A stretch of 64,000 nucleotides of DNA from Zancudomyces culisetae HAW-14-8. Lineage: Eukaryota; Fungi; Kickxellomycota. Positions 37,324 through 50,485 of the stretch are shown here, in pieces; the first letter of the stretch is position 1, and each line of letters opens with the position of its first letter. A program made the translations under genes and the position numbers. A model generated the notes under the pieces. That model saw only the letters and a list, made by a program, of their open reading frames with translations, ran no database searches and was not told the origin of the DNA. The stretch is taken from NCBI GenBank assembly GCA_052426225.1, contig JBNJNM010000008.1, positions 248,001-312,000 of the forward strand. The letters are read 5' to 3'.

Positions 37324-38119
37324 GTCTGTTATCGATTTTCCTGAAATAATATATTTTTTTGTGTGTGTATGGTTAGTGGTTCAAGTGTTGGAGCTGTTGA
37401 TTTATCGTGTCTACGTCTAGATTAGGAATTGTTAGCTTCTACAAACTTTAAGAACTCGGAAAGTAATAAAAACAAGATAAATAACTTTAGTACAGGTTGC
37501 AATTTGCCGCAAATTCTCTCAGTTTATTTTGCAAGAAAATTGGTGAATAAAATAAACAGTACGGCAATCTTGGTATCGTTTGTCTTGCTACACCTAGCCT
37601 ATTTTCAGAAGTATAGTCTTAAAAAATTAACCAAATTCGCGGCAAAGGGAAAATACATGCCCATTAAGCTGAAACTTTGGTCATCAACGGTAAAAAGTGA
37701 TATTTTTCCTTGCGTGCATCACGGCACTTTCAGAGTCACGAAACCAATGTAAAACTTTTTTTTTTCTTCTGCAAATTGCAAATTGCAATTTATGCATGAT
37801 CAGGTAAGCTTCCTGAGGTTAATAAACTACAGACATTTTCGTATATTTCCTTTTTCATGGTTGATTATTAAACGAAAAAAAGTTCAATATATTTTCCTCT
37901 TTTGGGAATTCACCCAATAACCAACGGATAAAGCGAACGCAAAACCATTTCATGATTGATTTGCAAAAGAACAGAAATAAAAATAAATGACAATCTGGAA
38001 AGCGCATCTTAAAAACATAAAAACACATTAGCGAATATGGAAAAAAAGAGTTTAGCGGCACAATAAAGTTCATGCGAACAAGTATAGTAAGCGCTAGGCG
38101 TAAATGGGTAATATGGACA

Positions 38120-38170
38120 ATATGAGATATGAGGTATGAGATATGAGGTATGAGATATGAGATATGAGAT
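38120..38170. repeat. (RTATGAG)7 heptamer tandem repeat
   Basis: ATATGAG/GTATGAG units read directly. Confidence 0.85.
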
Positions 38171-38369
38171 TTGCAGGAACCAACAATTCAGGCAACTAAA
38201 GTATTATTTTATGCTTTAGAGTTTACTCTTGACTTTACTACAGAGTTTTGTAGCTATTTAGGGGAGAGGTAGCAAGTGCTGAACTTTTTTATTCGTTACT
38301 CAAGATACAGCAGTCTATATTTCCCTGTTGTTTTTTAACATAGGTGTATTAAAGAAAGTTTATAAAAGC

Positions 38370-38411
38370 AAAAGGGAAAAGGGAAAAGGGAAAAGGGAAA
38401 AGGGAAAAGGG
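38370..38411. repeat. (AAAAGGG)6 heptamer tandem repeat
   Basis: Perfect tandem units read directly. Confidence 0.85.
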
Positions 38412-38473
38412 AAAAAGTGGGTATGAACCACTGCAAGTGTGGGGCATATTTAATGTACATAAAACAAGAACAT

Positions 38474-38952
38474 CTAGTCTTTTGGAAAAATACCATTCAT
38501 TATGTAAAATGATTCGGTTTTGGGGTTTAGTAGCCAGTTTATCATTTCATTCCGCTTCTAATTCAGTTTTGGATCATCAAATTAGCAAAAATATTAAGTA
38601 TAGTGGTGCAGCTTTACCCATATCCAGTATTAGTATATAATTAAATATATTTTTTACTAATACAAGTATTTATGGTTTCTACTATTGACCTTACCTTTAT
38701 CGTGTAAAAGATATAGTACACTGAGAATACCAAAGTTATTGAAAAAAATACAAATAGGACCCAGATCCAGATATACGTCAACCCCTTTACCAAACCAACT
38801 ACGATCATCACCAGCACCATTACATTGACTACAATGGCTATAGACATACCAGATATTAGTAGGTATAACCCCCTCCTTATATCTCGACTATGTTTTTCTC
38901 GCGCATTTTCGGCTATTTCAGTCGTATACCTTTTTGTAGTAATATTCTCCAT
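38474..38952 (-). CDS. Orphan two-TM membrane protein, member B (113 aa), 2 exons
   Basis: Exon 38952..38695 (86 codons), intron 38694..38558 (GTAAGG...GCTAAT...TAG), and exon 38557..38474 giving KRNEMINWLLNPKTESFYIMNGIFPKD*. This last exon matches the paralog's PGTDPFYIINGIYP. Confidence 0.8.
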
Positions 38953-40317
38953 GTTGAATCGATATCAGCTTTTTATGGTCATTCAATTCTATTTTTTGAA
39001 GTAAAAATGAGTACTCGCTACTAACTAAAATATAGCTTCACACTAAGTAGATATATTTAATGTTGGAATACATGCCATATTTTATATTGAAGGGTAGACT
39101 TTTACAGCTTTTAAAATTTAAGCACTTCATTTTATCTTTGTAATACACACAACTGCTTCTTGTGGGAGAAGTTAGAGAACAGAAAAATAAACTTTTTAAA
39201 TCGGTCTAGGAACATTTAGTAGTAGTGGTATTTCCAAAATTCAAGTCCAGCAGCCTCAACCTCGGTTTTTTGCTTGTTTTAGGTAAAACACATTTCCTTT
39301 CCCTTTATTAAGTGGTAATAGTGGGCAGTATCTATATCTTATTAACCTCAAAAAATCGTGCGCATCTTTAAAGGGAAATGGTGAAAGTGCCTAACACTCA
39401 AGTAGCTCCATTTTATAGCCAGATTCACTTGCAATATGTATGACTCCATTTTCAACATTCGTTCAAAATATGAACTAGAATGACGACGTGGTTTCAAAAA
39501 AGAAATACCAATTAGCACTTAAAGAGAGGCAAAAGCTTTGCTACTATTTTTTGATGGCTCACACTAAATTAAGACATGATCTCTATATATTTTATATGTT
39601 AGTATATATGTGCGCTTGAGATAGATAGGAGTTAAGATACAATTTTGATCAACCCCCTCCCCCCTCCCATCTCCCCAATAGGTAAAAAGTAGGTATACTA
39701 GTTATTAACACAAAAATGGACCAGTCTGGAAATGAAAACTTAGTTATAAAGAAAACCCCCAAGACCTCAAACAAAACCAGGCAACATGTGTTGGCTGAGT
39801 TGTTTAAAATGTATTACTGGGGTTAGACAAATAAGCTAGTGCCCAGGATCAGTAAGAATCAACTCCGAAAAAGGGGTGTTAAATGAACATTAAACGCTCT
39901 CAAAGGTGTTGTAAAACACAAAATTAAATCTTTATAGAAATTAAATGTACTCTAAGCTATATTAAGTAAACACTGTGTAACTAATAAAACTGTATACTAA
40001 CGTGGGAATGGATACAGGTGCAAGTTGTTGGAATGAGCAAGGGTGTCTGTACCCTTCAGCAAATACTTCCTCAATTTGAAACTAGGTTTGCGATATGAAT
40101 TTGAAAAGCACTACAGAAGCGAAAAATTTAAGTAAAAAAAAACCAAAACAAGCCGTTTATGCTCCAGAAGAAATTCTATATATCAAAAATCAGAAGAAAT
40201 ATCGGATTTCGAAGGATAAGGTTTTGTCCATACAAGATAGAAAACCTTTATAAATATTTACAGCGTATACAGCTACAGGTGTACAATGCGAAAATGAGAG
40301 AGTGGGGGTAAATTCCC

Positions 40318-41485
40318 CTAAAGTTGACAGGAAATATTATAGTTATCTTGAAGGTGGTCTAAGATAGCTGGGATCGTGGTTAAGCAGTTAAATGTCCTTC
40401 TTTCTATTTGCGTTATTCCATATTCGTTAAATGTCCTCAAATATGCTTAAATAAGGCAAGAGTATAAAGTACAAGCAAAAAAAATAATAATCACATGCAT
40501 ACCTGAATTCTCCATGACACCCTCAAACATGTACATCAAGTGGTGGTGGAATATGAAATGCGGTGTTCCATACTTCAGCGCCAGATTGACATATCGCTCA
40601 ATGCACTCTATGGGGGTGGATTCGCACCCGGTAAATAGTGCTGGATTGCGCAGTAGCCCTCTAGCGGACATGACACCGTTTACTTTGGTAATGTCGTATA
40701 CTTTTTTTGCATCATCTAGTGTGAAGATTCCACCATTGGCTATGACGGGAACTGAAGCCAAATCTTTAACAAGTTTTATTGTATCCAGATCGACAGGTTG
40801 TCTATTTGACTGTCTCCTAGTTCGACCATGTATTGTAATAAAATCAACACCCGCTGCCTCTGCACGCTTTAACATTTCTATTGTACCTTTTTCAGTTTCA
40901 CACTTTCTTATTTTGATAGAGCAACATAGATTAGTGTTTCTTTTTACTGCATTTACCATTTCAGCCACTTTTTGTGGGTGTTCCATTAGGTAACTCCCGA
41001 TCTCTTCCTTTATGGCCCATTTTTGTGGACACCCGCAATTCAAATCGATTCCATCTACATATTTTTCAAGCAGCATCGCGGACTCACAGAAGTCCTTAAA
41101 ATTTTGTGCTCCAAATTGCGCAACAACGGGAATATCACTGGGATTTGTCGTGAAATCTTCTCTCCCGAACTCGCTTCTTCGAAAAGCATCGGCTAAAATC
41201 ATTGGAGTATATGCTATATCGACTCCATAACTATTGTAAATTATAATATATATGTTTATCCAGTTAGTGCCGTAAAAATTAAAGAAATATGAGATTAAGA
41301 GCGAGGAGTGAATGTGTAAATTATTAAAATAAACGAGCTTTTAGCCAAATATATATTAAAATAATTTACTCTCGAACTAATTCACGAAATGCCAGTTTAG
41401 AATACCGTACCATAGGTGCGCTCACATTTATACACCGGTCGCTATTTAATATTTCCAACAAATCCTGCTTGGGTCTCGCTGCCAT
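40318..41485 (-). CDS. DUS4: tRNA-dihydrouridine(20a/20b) synthase, 3 exons
   Basis: Spliced translation MAARPK...SAPMVRYSKLAFRELVRE|YGVDIAYTPMILA...DLNCGCPQKWA...SIKIR...TIHGRT...IANGG...GVMSARGLLRNPALF...HHHL...ENS|ERRTFN...*. Confidence 0.92.
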
Positions 41486-41564
41486 TTTAATCTTGGTGCA
41501 GAATTTAATTTATGTTATAGCTGCGGGATAGAAAATAAAATAAGTTGAATTTCTTTCTAGATGA

Positions 41565-41626
41565 GTAAAAGTAAAAGTAAAAGTAAAAGTAAAAGTAAAA
41601 GTAAAAAGTAAAAGTAAAAAGTAAAA
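41565..41626. repeat. (GTAAAA)n microsatellite
   Basis: About 10 near-perfect units in the DUS4 upstream region. Confidence 0.85.
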
Positions 41627-43803
41627 TCTTGATGCTTGCTCTACTTTTTAGTAGTGCTTGTGTTAAGTCTAATTCGCGTTGCAATTATAAAGTCTTGTTT
41701 CTAGCTTGAATACTATAAAAACTTTGGATTTTTGATCAAGATATTTTCGATCTTTCCTTTTGGTTTACAAAATGTGTTCACTTTTAGTATGTGGGTTTTT
41801 TTTTATTGGCAATCTTCTCATTTTACTACAACTTGGGCTATGTTTATTCAATAACGCAAAAAAAAATTATGGGCCAATGATAGAGCCGAAAACGGAAGGT
41901 AAGCAAACTGAAGAGGAAACGGAATGATAAAATGCTCCACGATGAAGAAACAGTCTGGAGACATACAAATATCAAATGTGGACAGCTTCAGTGAAATGGA
42001 AAAGTATGCCCTTCCTCTCTCCGCTCTCCCCGCTCCAACATATCCTTTTAGGGCTGACTGCATTGCTTTTGTGAATTGTCTTGTTTTGTTTTATTATGGT
42101 TGCGGGGTCGTGACTCTAAAAGAGGCGAAAGCAACTGGTTTTTTTATTGGTCCATTATATGCTCAAATAGCTATGCGTTTATGATTTAAGAGGGGGTGTT
42201 TTTCGCAAGAGCTTCCAAGAATGCAATAAGGCTTACAAATAAACGGCTAGAAATACCTAAGGTTGGAGAGCTTCCCAATATAGCTCCATTGCTAGAGCCA
42301 TGCGTAGCAGGCTTAATAGTTAAGAATACAAACATGATAGTGAGTTTATAAGTTCCGTGTATAGGGCAATTTAAAAGATGATTATAACTGTTTGCCAATT
42401 ATCAAGGCGTGTGTCACTTGTGAGCCACTAGCACTGTGTATATAATGATGTTAGAGCTCGATGTGGTATCGTTTAGTTCCTCAGCCTTATTCAGCTACTA
42501 GTAACCCCAGTATGTGGTTGTAGGGTCATAAGGTTATGAGATGGCAAAAGAAAATAAAACCAATTATTACGCCGCATTATCATGGTAATTTATTTGTAAC
42601 ATTCTCAGCAAAAAAAAGTTAGGTAAGAGAGCGGTTACAGCATGGATAATGAAAAAATTTTTTTTTTGTTGGCTGGAATCGATAGTTGAAAAATATAAAT
42701 TATCCAATTATAATTGTGTTCAATTTTCACAAAATTTATTTGTAATTAGAGTAATTGGTGCCCCATGTCGTTATGTAAACCACTTGGTGATATGTAGAAG
42801 AAACGAATTATAAATCAGAACTTTGAGTAAAAACCTTGAGAATTTTCAGTTAAAATGGATCAAAAAAAAAGCAAAAGCTGAACTCTAAATTACTCTATCA
42901 TTTTGAGCAGTAAAACATCGCATATATTAAAAATATCAGAATCATGTTTAAACAAGTCATACAATATGCTTGCTAAGGAATTATAAAATGAAAACAATCA
43001 AAATTGCTGAACACAAACCAAATATGTTGGGTTTTTTTATAGGGCCTATTACTGTGACGGGGTAAGCCAAAGTTAGAAAACGGAGCATGTCAATTTTTGT
43101 AAATGTGGTCCAAAGTCAATAGGTGATAAATTTTATCTCGCAATAAAGTAGCAAAGCACTGAACTCAAACCACCAAAAAAGAGAAACCCCCTCTTCTTTT
43201 AAACTTATCATTCGTTTTTTTCCAGAAAACAGAAACATACTTTTTTTTGTGTTTGCTGTAACATTAGAGATATTCTGAAGCATAATTATAAGGCATAACA
43301 TACTGATAATAGTTGCTACCCGATACAAAGGATAAGTGTAATAAAGGAGAATACACTGCGAGCAACCAGAATCGATTTTTTAAACATACTTTTCAAGAAA
43401 TCTCATATTCAAAGTCGAATGCTTCTCGAATTTTAGATACCTGCTTTGGAACAGAAAACCGAAATATAAAGCGTAAACGCATCAGAGTAGAGCTAGAAGC
43501 AGAGAGTTGTGAAGAAGTATAGCAGCATTTTGGTACTTGGTACCAGATAAAAAAGAAAAGACACTATAAACATACTTTATTACGTTTCACCCACAATCCC
43601 CCTTGGCAAAGTCTACACCAAAAAGGTCAAACAACCAAATGAAAACCAAAATAAAGATAACCCCCAAATTGCTACAAGAGGTTAGAAGGCAAATCCAAAG
43701 AAAAAGCACAATAGATACAAGTATTTACTTTATATAGACGATTGCATAACCCTCACACAACACTTACCACTTATTATTTTAAATTTTTTATTTGGGTGAA
43801 AAG

Positions 43804-44640
43804 ATGGAAAAAGATAGAAAAGATAGAGCGCTAACCCCAAAAAGTGCAATGGCACGAAATAAAAAACCAATGGATAATGAACTTGCCAGAGCCTTAGCCA
43901 CACAATACATAATGAATACCACTAATAATGACAGTGGTCGATTTCAAGCGGAAAAAAGTCGAACACGAAGCCCCATTAATAGCGAGGAATATGATGAGTT
44001 GAGTGATCCCAGATCGCTTTTTGGATTTGAAAGTCCGATTGAGAAAACCCCTGAAAGTGTTATAGATAAACCAGAGGTGGAGAAAAAACGGAAAATGAGC
44101 GATTGGTACAAAAAAAATGTATTGTATATGCGTCCTAGCCAAGATGTAGAACATGAGGTTGTGCATGAAAAAGATACACTACTTGAAGATGCAAGTTCAC
44201 GAAGTGTGAGTAGCCAGGGAACCGTGCTTGTAAATGTACGAAGTAAAAATTCCAACCAGCAAGGAGCATCAAAATATAGAAAAGAAAAAATCTCAAGAGA
44301 CGAACACGATAACAAGACTCTCGATTTAAACAGTAATGTCGAACGCAATGGCGAATGGAGTGGAAAAGACGAGAATGGTGTTTTCAACCCTGCTATGCGT
44401 CCAGAAGAGATGGTATCTCCCCTTAAGTTACATTCTGGTTTGCCGAAAAGTTTGCTTTTGTTTTTATTTGGATTTCTTTTATTTCCACTGTGGTGGATTG
44501 GAGCTTTTTACCCTAGAAAGGTTAAAAACGATTTTGAGAAACGCCTGAAAAGGATCAACTTGTTAATGTCATTTTTCTCGATACCTTTTACCATTCTACT
44601 CGTCACGCTTGTGACTGTTGGGATCGCAAAGGCAATTTAG
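43804..44640 (+). CDS. Membrane protein with disordered N-terminus and two C-terminal TM helices
   Basis: Long ORF with first ATG at 43804. C-terminal LFLFGFLLFPLWWIGAFY...KRINLLMSFFSIPFTILLVTLV, a F-x-x-GF-x-x-x-P-x-W-x-x-G hairpin. Confidence 0.75.
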   Translation: MEKDRKDRALTPKSAMARNKKPMDNELARALATQYIMNTTNNDSGRFQAEKSRTRSPINSEEYDELSDPRSLFGFESPIEKTPESVIDKPEVEKKRKMSDWYKKNVLYMRPSQDVEHEVVHEKDTLLEDASSRSVSSQGTVLVNVRSKNSNQQGASKYRKEKISRDEHDNKTLDLNSNVERNGEWSGKDENGVFNPAMRPEEMVSPLKLHSGLPKSLLLFLFGFLLFPLWWIGAFYPRKVKNDFEKRLKRINLLMSFFSIPFTILLVTLVTVGIAKAI

Positions 44641-45387
44641 TTTTACTCAAGGGCCTGTTCTATTTTGGTGATAGAGAGTATCTTTTTATTTTGGTTGCAT
44701 TTTCATGCATAGCGCCTGTACTATATTTTTTTTCATTCGTATTATTATTGTTTTTGTTACTATGATTGATCGCTTATTCTTTTTAAATATCTTAGATAGG
44801 ATTTTATCACCCCCCCTCTTTTTTTTTTTTGCGATATAATGTTAAGGTGGATATATGGTTTAATATTTATGGCCTTATTGAGTTTTATTTTATATCCTCT
44901 TACTAGATACCATGTACCTTATAAAACATATCTACTCGATGTTTTCTTTTTCACTACTATTATGTTCAAGCCTTGTCCTTTCCAAGCAAATTATACTTAT
45001 ACACTTAACTTTGCTAAAGCTCCAATAGCATTGTTGTTGATACTCAATGCAGTCACATCAGCATTTACACAACTTGAGGCCAGGTTTAAAAGACTGGGGT
45101 TTACATCCTAAACTTGGATAACCTCTTTTCGAGTCTAGCTAAATCTATGTATGTATGGTTTTTTTTTGTGGTAATATCATTAGGAGATAGCAGAACAATG
45201 CAACTATAATTAGTGTTTTATGCTAGGGCTTTCTTAATTCGTGGATCAAAATTTTCCAGAAAAAAATTTTTCAACTATTTGCGCAAAAAAAAAAAGGCAA
45301 TATCTATTCTACACTAAAAAAAAGTAAAAATAAAAGCTCATATTATTTTGTATAGAAAAAATTTTTAAATTGGCACAGCAAAATAAA

Positions 45388-46440
45388 ATGGCATCGATTT
45401 ACAAGCGGGCAACCCGAGATGAAACCGAACTCGAGGCGGAGGAGAATGCTTCAAACACAACACACCAAAAAGTACTAATCCTATCATCTAGAGGAATCAC
45501 ACAAAGGTAACCATACACACTTGACTTTTACTTCCTGTTATTTTCCTCTCTCATCAAAAAATTGGGTGTTTATGAAAGTTAAAACAAATTCTTTTATATA
45601 CTTTAGGTATCGACATCTTTTATCTGATCTAAGTGCGCTTTTGCCACATTCCAAAAAAGATTCTAAATTGGATACAAAGAAAAGGCTTGGAGTGATAAAC
45701 GAAATTGCCGATTTGTATAACTGCAGCAATGTAATATTTTTCGAAGCTCGTAAACACGAAGAATTATACATGTGGGTTTCGAGAGCCCCAACAGGCCCCA
45801 GCATAAAATTCCACGTCCAGAATGGTAGGTTTTTAATATTTTCAATGTGCTTTACGCATGATATAACTAAATAACCATAATACATTTATTTTTTATAGTT
45901 CACACAATGAGCGAATTGAAGCTTAACGGTAACTGCTTGAAGGGTTCAAGACCAATATTATCGTTTGACTCCACCTTTGACTCTTCAGAGCAGTTCATGC
46001 TAATAAAATCGATGTTCGAACAGGTGTTTGGCGTTCCCAAAAGTGCAAAAAAGATAAAACCATTCTTTGACCATGTGATGTCTTTTAGTATAATTGATAA
46101 CAAGATCTGGGTTAGAAACTACCAGATAGTAGAAAAGGATCCTGTAACAGGTGCAGATACATCATCTATCAAGTCCAGCAACGTTGGCGGTGAAACCATG
46201 AACCTATTGGAGATCGGTCCACGTTTTGTTTTGAATACCATCAGAATATTCGATGATAGTTTTGGCGGAAAGACACTATTTGAAAACGAAAACTTTATGA
46301 CACCTGCGTCTATCCGATCTATGTTGCGCAGTCAAAAATCTGGCAAATATGGCGCTAGAATTGACTCAAATCTTATTCACAAACATAAAATTAAAAACAC
46401 CACCATCCCTGACAACTCGTATAGCTCGGTTTTTAAATAA
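45388..46440 (+). CDS. BRX1: Ribosome biogenesis protein Brx1, 3 exons
   Basis: MASIYK...KVLILSSRGITQR|YRHLLSDL..LLPHSKKDSK...FFEARK...GPSIKFHVQN|VHTMSELKLNGNCLKGSRP...PFFDHV...EIGPRF (Brix domain). Confidence 0.95.
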
Positions 46441-46715
46441 TTTACTCCTGCTTTGTTGATTTCTTGTTTGAATAATACTGCCTTTGTACGCTTTTTTTGC
46501 CTTTTTATATATAAATATGTTAACAATAAAAAAACCCTAGAAATGCATCTGCAAGACCTATTAGAAAGATATTACAATTAAAAAAAACAACGCCTCTTTA
46601 AAATGAGGAATATTTAAGGAAACATCGAAGAGTTAAAGCAAATATATCATAACCTAAACACTACATGAAGCAATTTGCAGTCACATCGAGTATTTACGAA
46701 TATTACATCTTCACG

Positions 46716-47299
46716 CTAGCAACAGGGCTCGTCAGCTATTGATGGCATTGTAATGACATCATCTTTAGTTCCGCCCTTTTTATTCTCGTTTGTTGCTGAA
46801 CGATTGGTTCTGGTTCTACTTTTTATGGTATACCTAGCCAATTCGCTCATTGTCTGGCCTAATGTAAGACCTAAACATATCACAATAAAAATAGGTATGT
46901 TGCTCCCCATTATGGCAATCATCAGCACGTACCGCGCTACGACGATTACAAAATATAGCACCGACCGCAAGGGTATGATCCAAAACAACCCCTCCCTAGT
47001 TTATTATTTGTATATATTGATTTGTAAATTTTGCAAAAGTACGAATTTATACCAGATGCACTCAATATCATGAAAATCCATGGGCAGAGCTAATATATAT
47101 ATATATATAAAGACGGTTAGTTGATTTACCTTGGTTGAAGCAAATCCAGTAAAAACGAGAGCCCTCGTTCAGCAATTCCAAGCACGATAAGGAATGTATA
47201 AGCCAAGGCAGCATCCTTCGAAGTGCGAAGCCAATATGTCACGAACACCAAATTTAAAAACACACCACTACCTGACCTCGGGGATGCATTTCCACACAT
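46716..47299 (-). CDS. Ctr-family copper transporter (short, CTR2-like), 2 exons
   Basis: Exons 47299..47130 and 46995..46716. Three TM helices, MxxxM (YVLMIAIMGSN) in TM2, GxxxG (GLTLG) in TM3, and C-terminal CC. Confidence 0.8.
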
Positions 47300-48686
47300 T
47301 GTTTCTCAACTCGATTTCTCACTACAGTATTTATTATGGGTTGCTAGAAAAATACTGTTAGACAGGCTAACCACTTTGGTTTGTGCTTTGAGCTATTTTT
47401 CTTTTGTGTATTTAAACTCGAATAACTAAAACCAAATCTACCAACGTTTATCTATGATTGAAGCTGCTTTACTATTAAAATAAAATGCAGGGAAATATAG
47501 TATTTGGCAGGATATTGTGTACTAAAAAGAGATCAAACTCATTACAATAGTATATGCATAATATGTGTGTACACCATGCATATATTGCTATATTTGTACT
47601 TTCTTTTTGATGGATATTCTAGAATTTATATAGTGTTTTCGAGTTTAATTTTTGACCAAAATATATTTGATTCTAGACTTAAAAAATTGAATACTTAATA
47701 CACTAGAAAAATAAAAGGTGTTGAATATTACTCGCTACATATAGAATAGTTTGTGCTAAACCGCATCGAGACAAATAGAATAAAAGTAGACCAATGCCTT
47801 AGAGTTTATTATATACATACAGGTCGACTACACTGTAGATCCCCCTTGTCATCTCCAGTGTAACGAGAGTACTAGTTTGACTACCATACTGGCTGTTGAT
47901 TTGCGGGTGGCACTTTCAGGAATTTTTAGTGGATAGCTATCATTTTTAGCAATTATAAACCTTAACAAGACTAGTTGAGTAGAAAGAAGACCGAGAAGTT
48001 GAAATATGGCGTGCTCGCCTATAGGAGATAGATGTTCGAATTAATATGCCTTTAATGCAGCCGAGAAATAATCTACATTTTGGCTGTTCATAATACTAGG
48101 TACTTGTCTAATATTGTGACCATTGCCTTAGTCTTTTGCTATGGGGGAAATGTAACCAAGTTCTCAGTAAAATAGTCTACTTGGTTTGGGTGTACTTTGT
48201 AACGAAGTCATTGTAATCTTTGAGAGGATAAACATATATTTGAATACAAAGTTAAAACCGGATTAACGACACTTTATTTTTTTTTTCATGTGGTGGTGGG
48301 AAGGAGCAACCAGTCAGTGTGTTATACTCCGTCTAGGGTGTGTGTGTGTGTGTTTATAAAACAAGTCAACAGACATAACATAGGACTAAAATGAAAATAA
48401 AAAGATATACGACTTCCTCCCCTCCTTCCTTCCATAATGGCTAAGATAAAAACATGCTAATTATACATCGAGATGATATGAAGTTAGCTGATGCTTATAT
48501 GTTGCTGGCAGTAACTTCAAGCAAGTGAATACCTTTTTTTCAATTCTCTCGATTATTGATTTTCAAAAAACAATTTAAAATAACGTAAAAAATTAAATAA
48601 AAAATTCCCCATAACCCTGCATACTTGCAGCTCAAAACTTGAATGTGCATAAATTCAACAAAAATTGCAGTGTGTAGAAGAATATT

Positions 48687-48817
48687 GCGGCCCTGCGTTT
48701 CATACAATTCGAATACGCGCCTCGCCTTTTACTAGACGCGTCCGTGTGTGGGACCAATGTGGGGCTTAAGATAATTTTTGTGAACAACCTCTGGCTAAGC
48801 CTAGCCTTGGTGGTTGT
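48687..48817 (+). ncRNA. U5: U5 spliceosomal snRNA
   Basis: Invariant loop-1 GCCTTTTAC (48724-48732) is closed by ACGCGCCT/AGACGCGT and followed by the conserved CCG of the internal loop. Outer stems GTTTCATACA/TGTGTGGGAC and GGCCCTGC/GTGGGGCT pair with G-U wobbles. Sm site AATTTTTG at 48773-48780. 3' hairpin ACAACC..GGCTA/TAGCC..GGTTGT. Ends are approximate. Confidence 0.92.
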
Positions 48818-50485
48818 GAAACTCTATTTTTTAAAAAAAAACTGAAAAACTGAGTGGTCGAGGTTGTGGGCGTTGCCCGGTTATTTTGTGGTCGGCAACT
48901 GCAACAGAAGATCAGAGTGCACATACTTGAAATTTTGTGCCCAGTGGTGTGCAATCAAGATCCTTCGAATGTCGGGAGGCAGGATATGTGTGCCTTGTTA
49001 TCATTCATTTTCTGATGACTTGCGCTTGCTTGAATTAAGCACTAAACCGGCTCCATACCGTCATACCACCATGGTTTGATTAGGAAAATATATCCTAATC
49101 GGGTTAGTGAAAAGGAACAAGTACTTTTAATCCTTAACGAAAATTAAAGCAAGGTTAGTGGTGGGGGGGGGGGGGGGTGTAAACACTTTGCGCAACTAAA
49201 AATGAATTTTGTTGACTCAAATGTTGTTTTGTGGAACCAGTGCTAGTAAACTGCTCGTAGAAAACGCAGAAAGGCGGTTACACACCTTTTATTCATATGT
49301 AAAATCAAACCAGCTTATTTCTGTATATACATGTTGACAGCTGTAACATCAGCTAATAATATCAAATTAGCTATGTTTAATATTTTATGACTTTTGAAAG
49401 GGTGATAAAATTACTGAATCAAAAGGGTGTTTATACAACACATTCCTTAATATGTGGACTTGTACCTTATGAGATTACTATGTTTCTACTTTAAAAAAGC
49501 TGAAAGATTCACATTATTTTTGTTTTATATATATTCTGAAAGACTAGTTTTGTCGTAGAAATACGTATGAAATAGACCACAGGTTTCAGTGTATGCTAAT
49601 TACAAGTGCAAGAACTTGTGTCTAGCGTACTTTTTTTTAGTTATTACATAGTGGATGTGTGTGCATTATGTGTTTATCCTATTTTTGCTGCACACTACTC
49701 TTGTTTCTTTTGACATTTGGCAGCTTTAAAGATAAATTGCCAGAAAAGTAAATGGGCAGACAGTTTATTAAAACGCATATATATTTTTCTTGTTGACATC
49801 CCTTCTAGGGTGCACACATTCAAGTGCGGAAAGGTGTCAACCGCCTGCCCAATAACCAGTTGATGTGAAATGTCTTTGTAGAAACGGGGGGTTTTTTTAT
49901 GGAATTTGTAAATCTTAGATTATGGTATATAAAAGGTCTTTGTGGATTTTTTGGCTTCCTTTTCTCCACTTCAGCCTAAGACCCTTTCAATCCCTGACAT
50001 GTTATTTCAAAATATTTGCTATGTAACACAAATGGCCATTAGAGTGGTGACTTATCGAGTGGGATATTTTATGTAAGACTAAATGGTTATCTTTTTCTTT
50101 CTCGCTTTCTTATTTTTTAAAAAAGGAAATATGCAATGTTAGTTTTTCACCCAGAAGAAGCTCGTTTCAAAAGAAAATTGGCGGTGATATTCTAATAAAA
50201 ATAATTTATTCCTTTGTAGTAAGAGTAATTGCGGGGGTTTTTTTTCCTGGGTGGAAATCCATCAGTTTACAAATCGATTTAAAAAAAAAACAGCAATTAC
50301 ACATATGTTGTGTTCTGGATAAAACATGATAACGCATGCAATGATAGCGTTAAGAGCCAAAATCATGTTTGATATGTTAATATACCGATGTTTATGGATC
50401 GGAGGTTATAAATATAAACGCTCAGCACAACCTTCATTATTGAAATAGCAATCCACAAACAAACAAACTCAAACACAGCGGAAAT

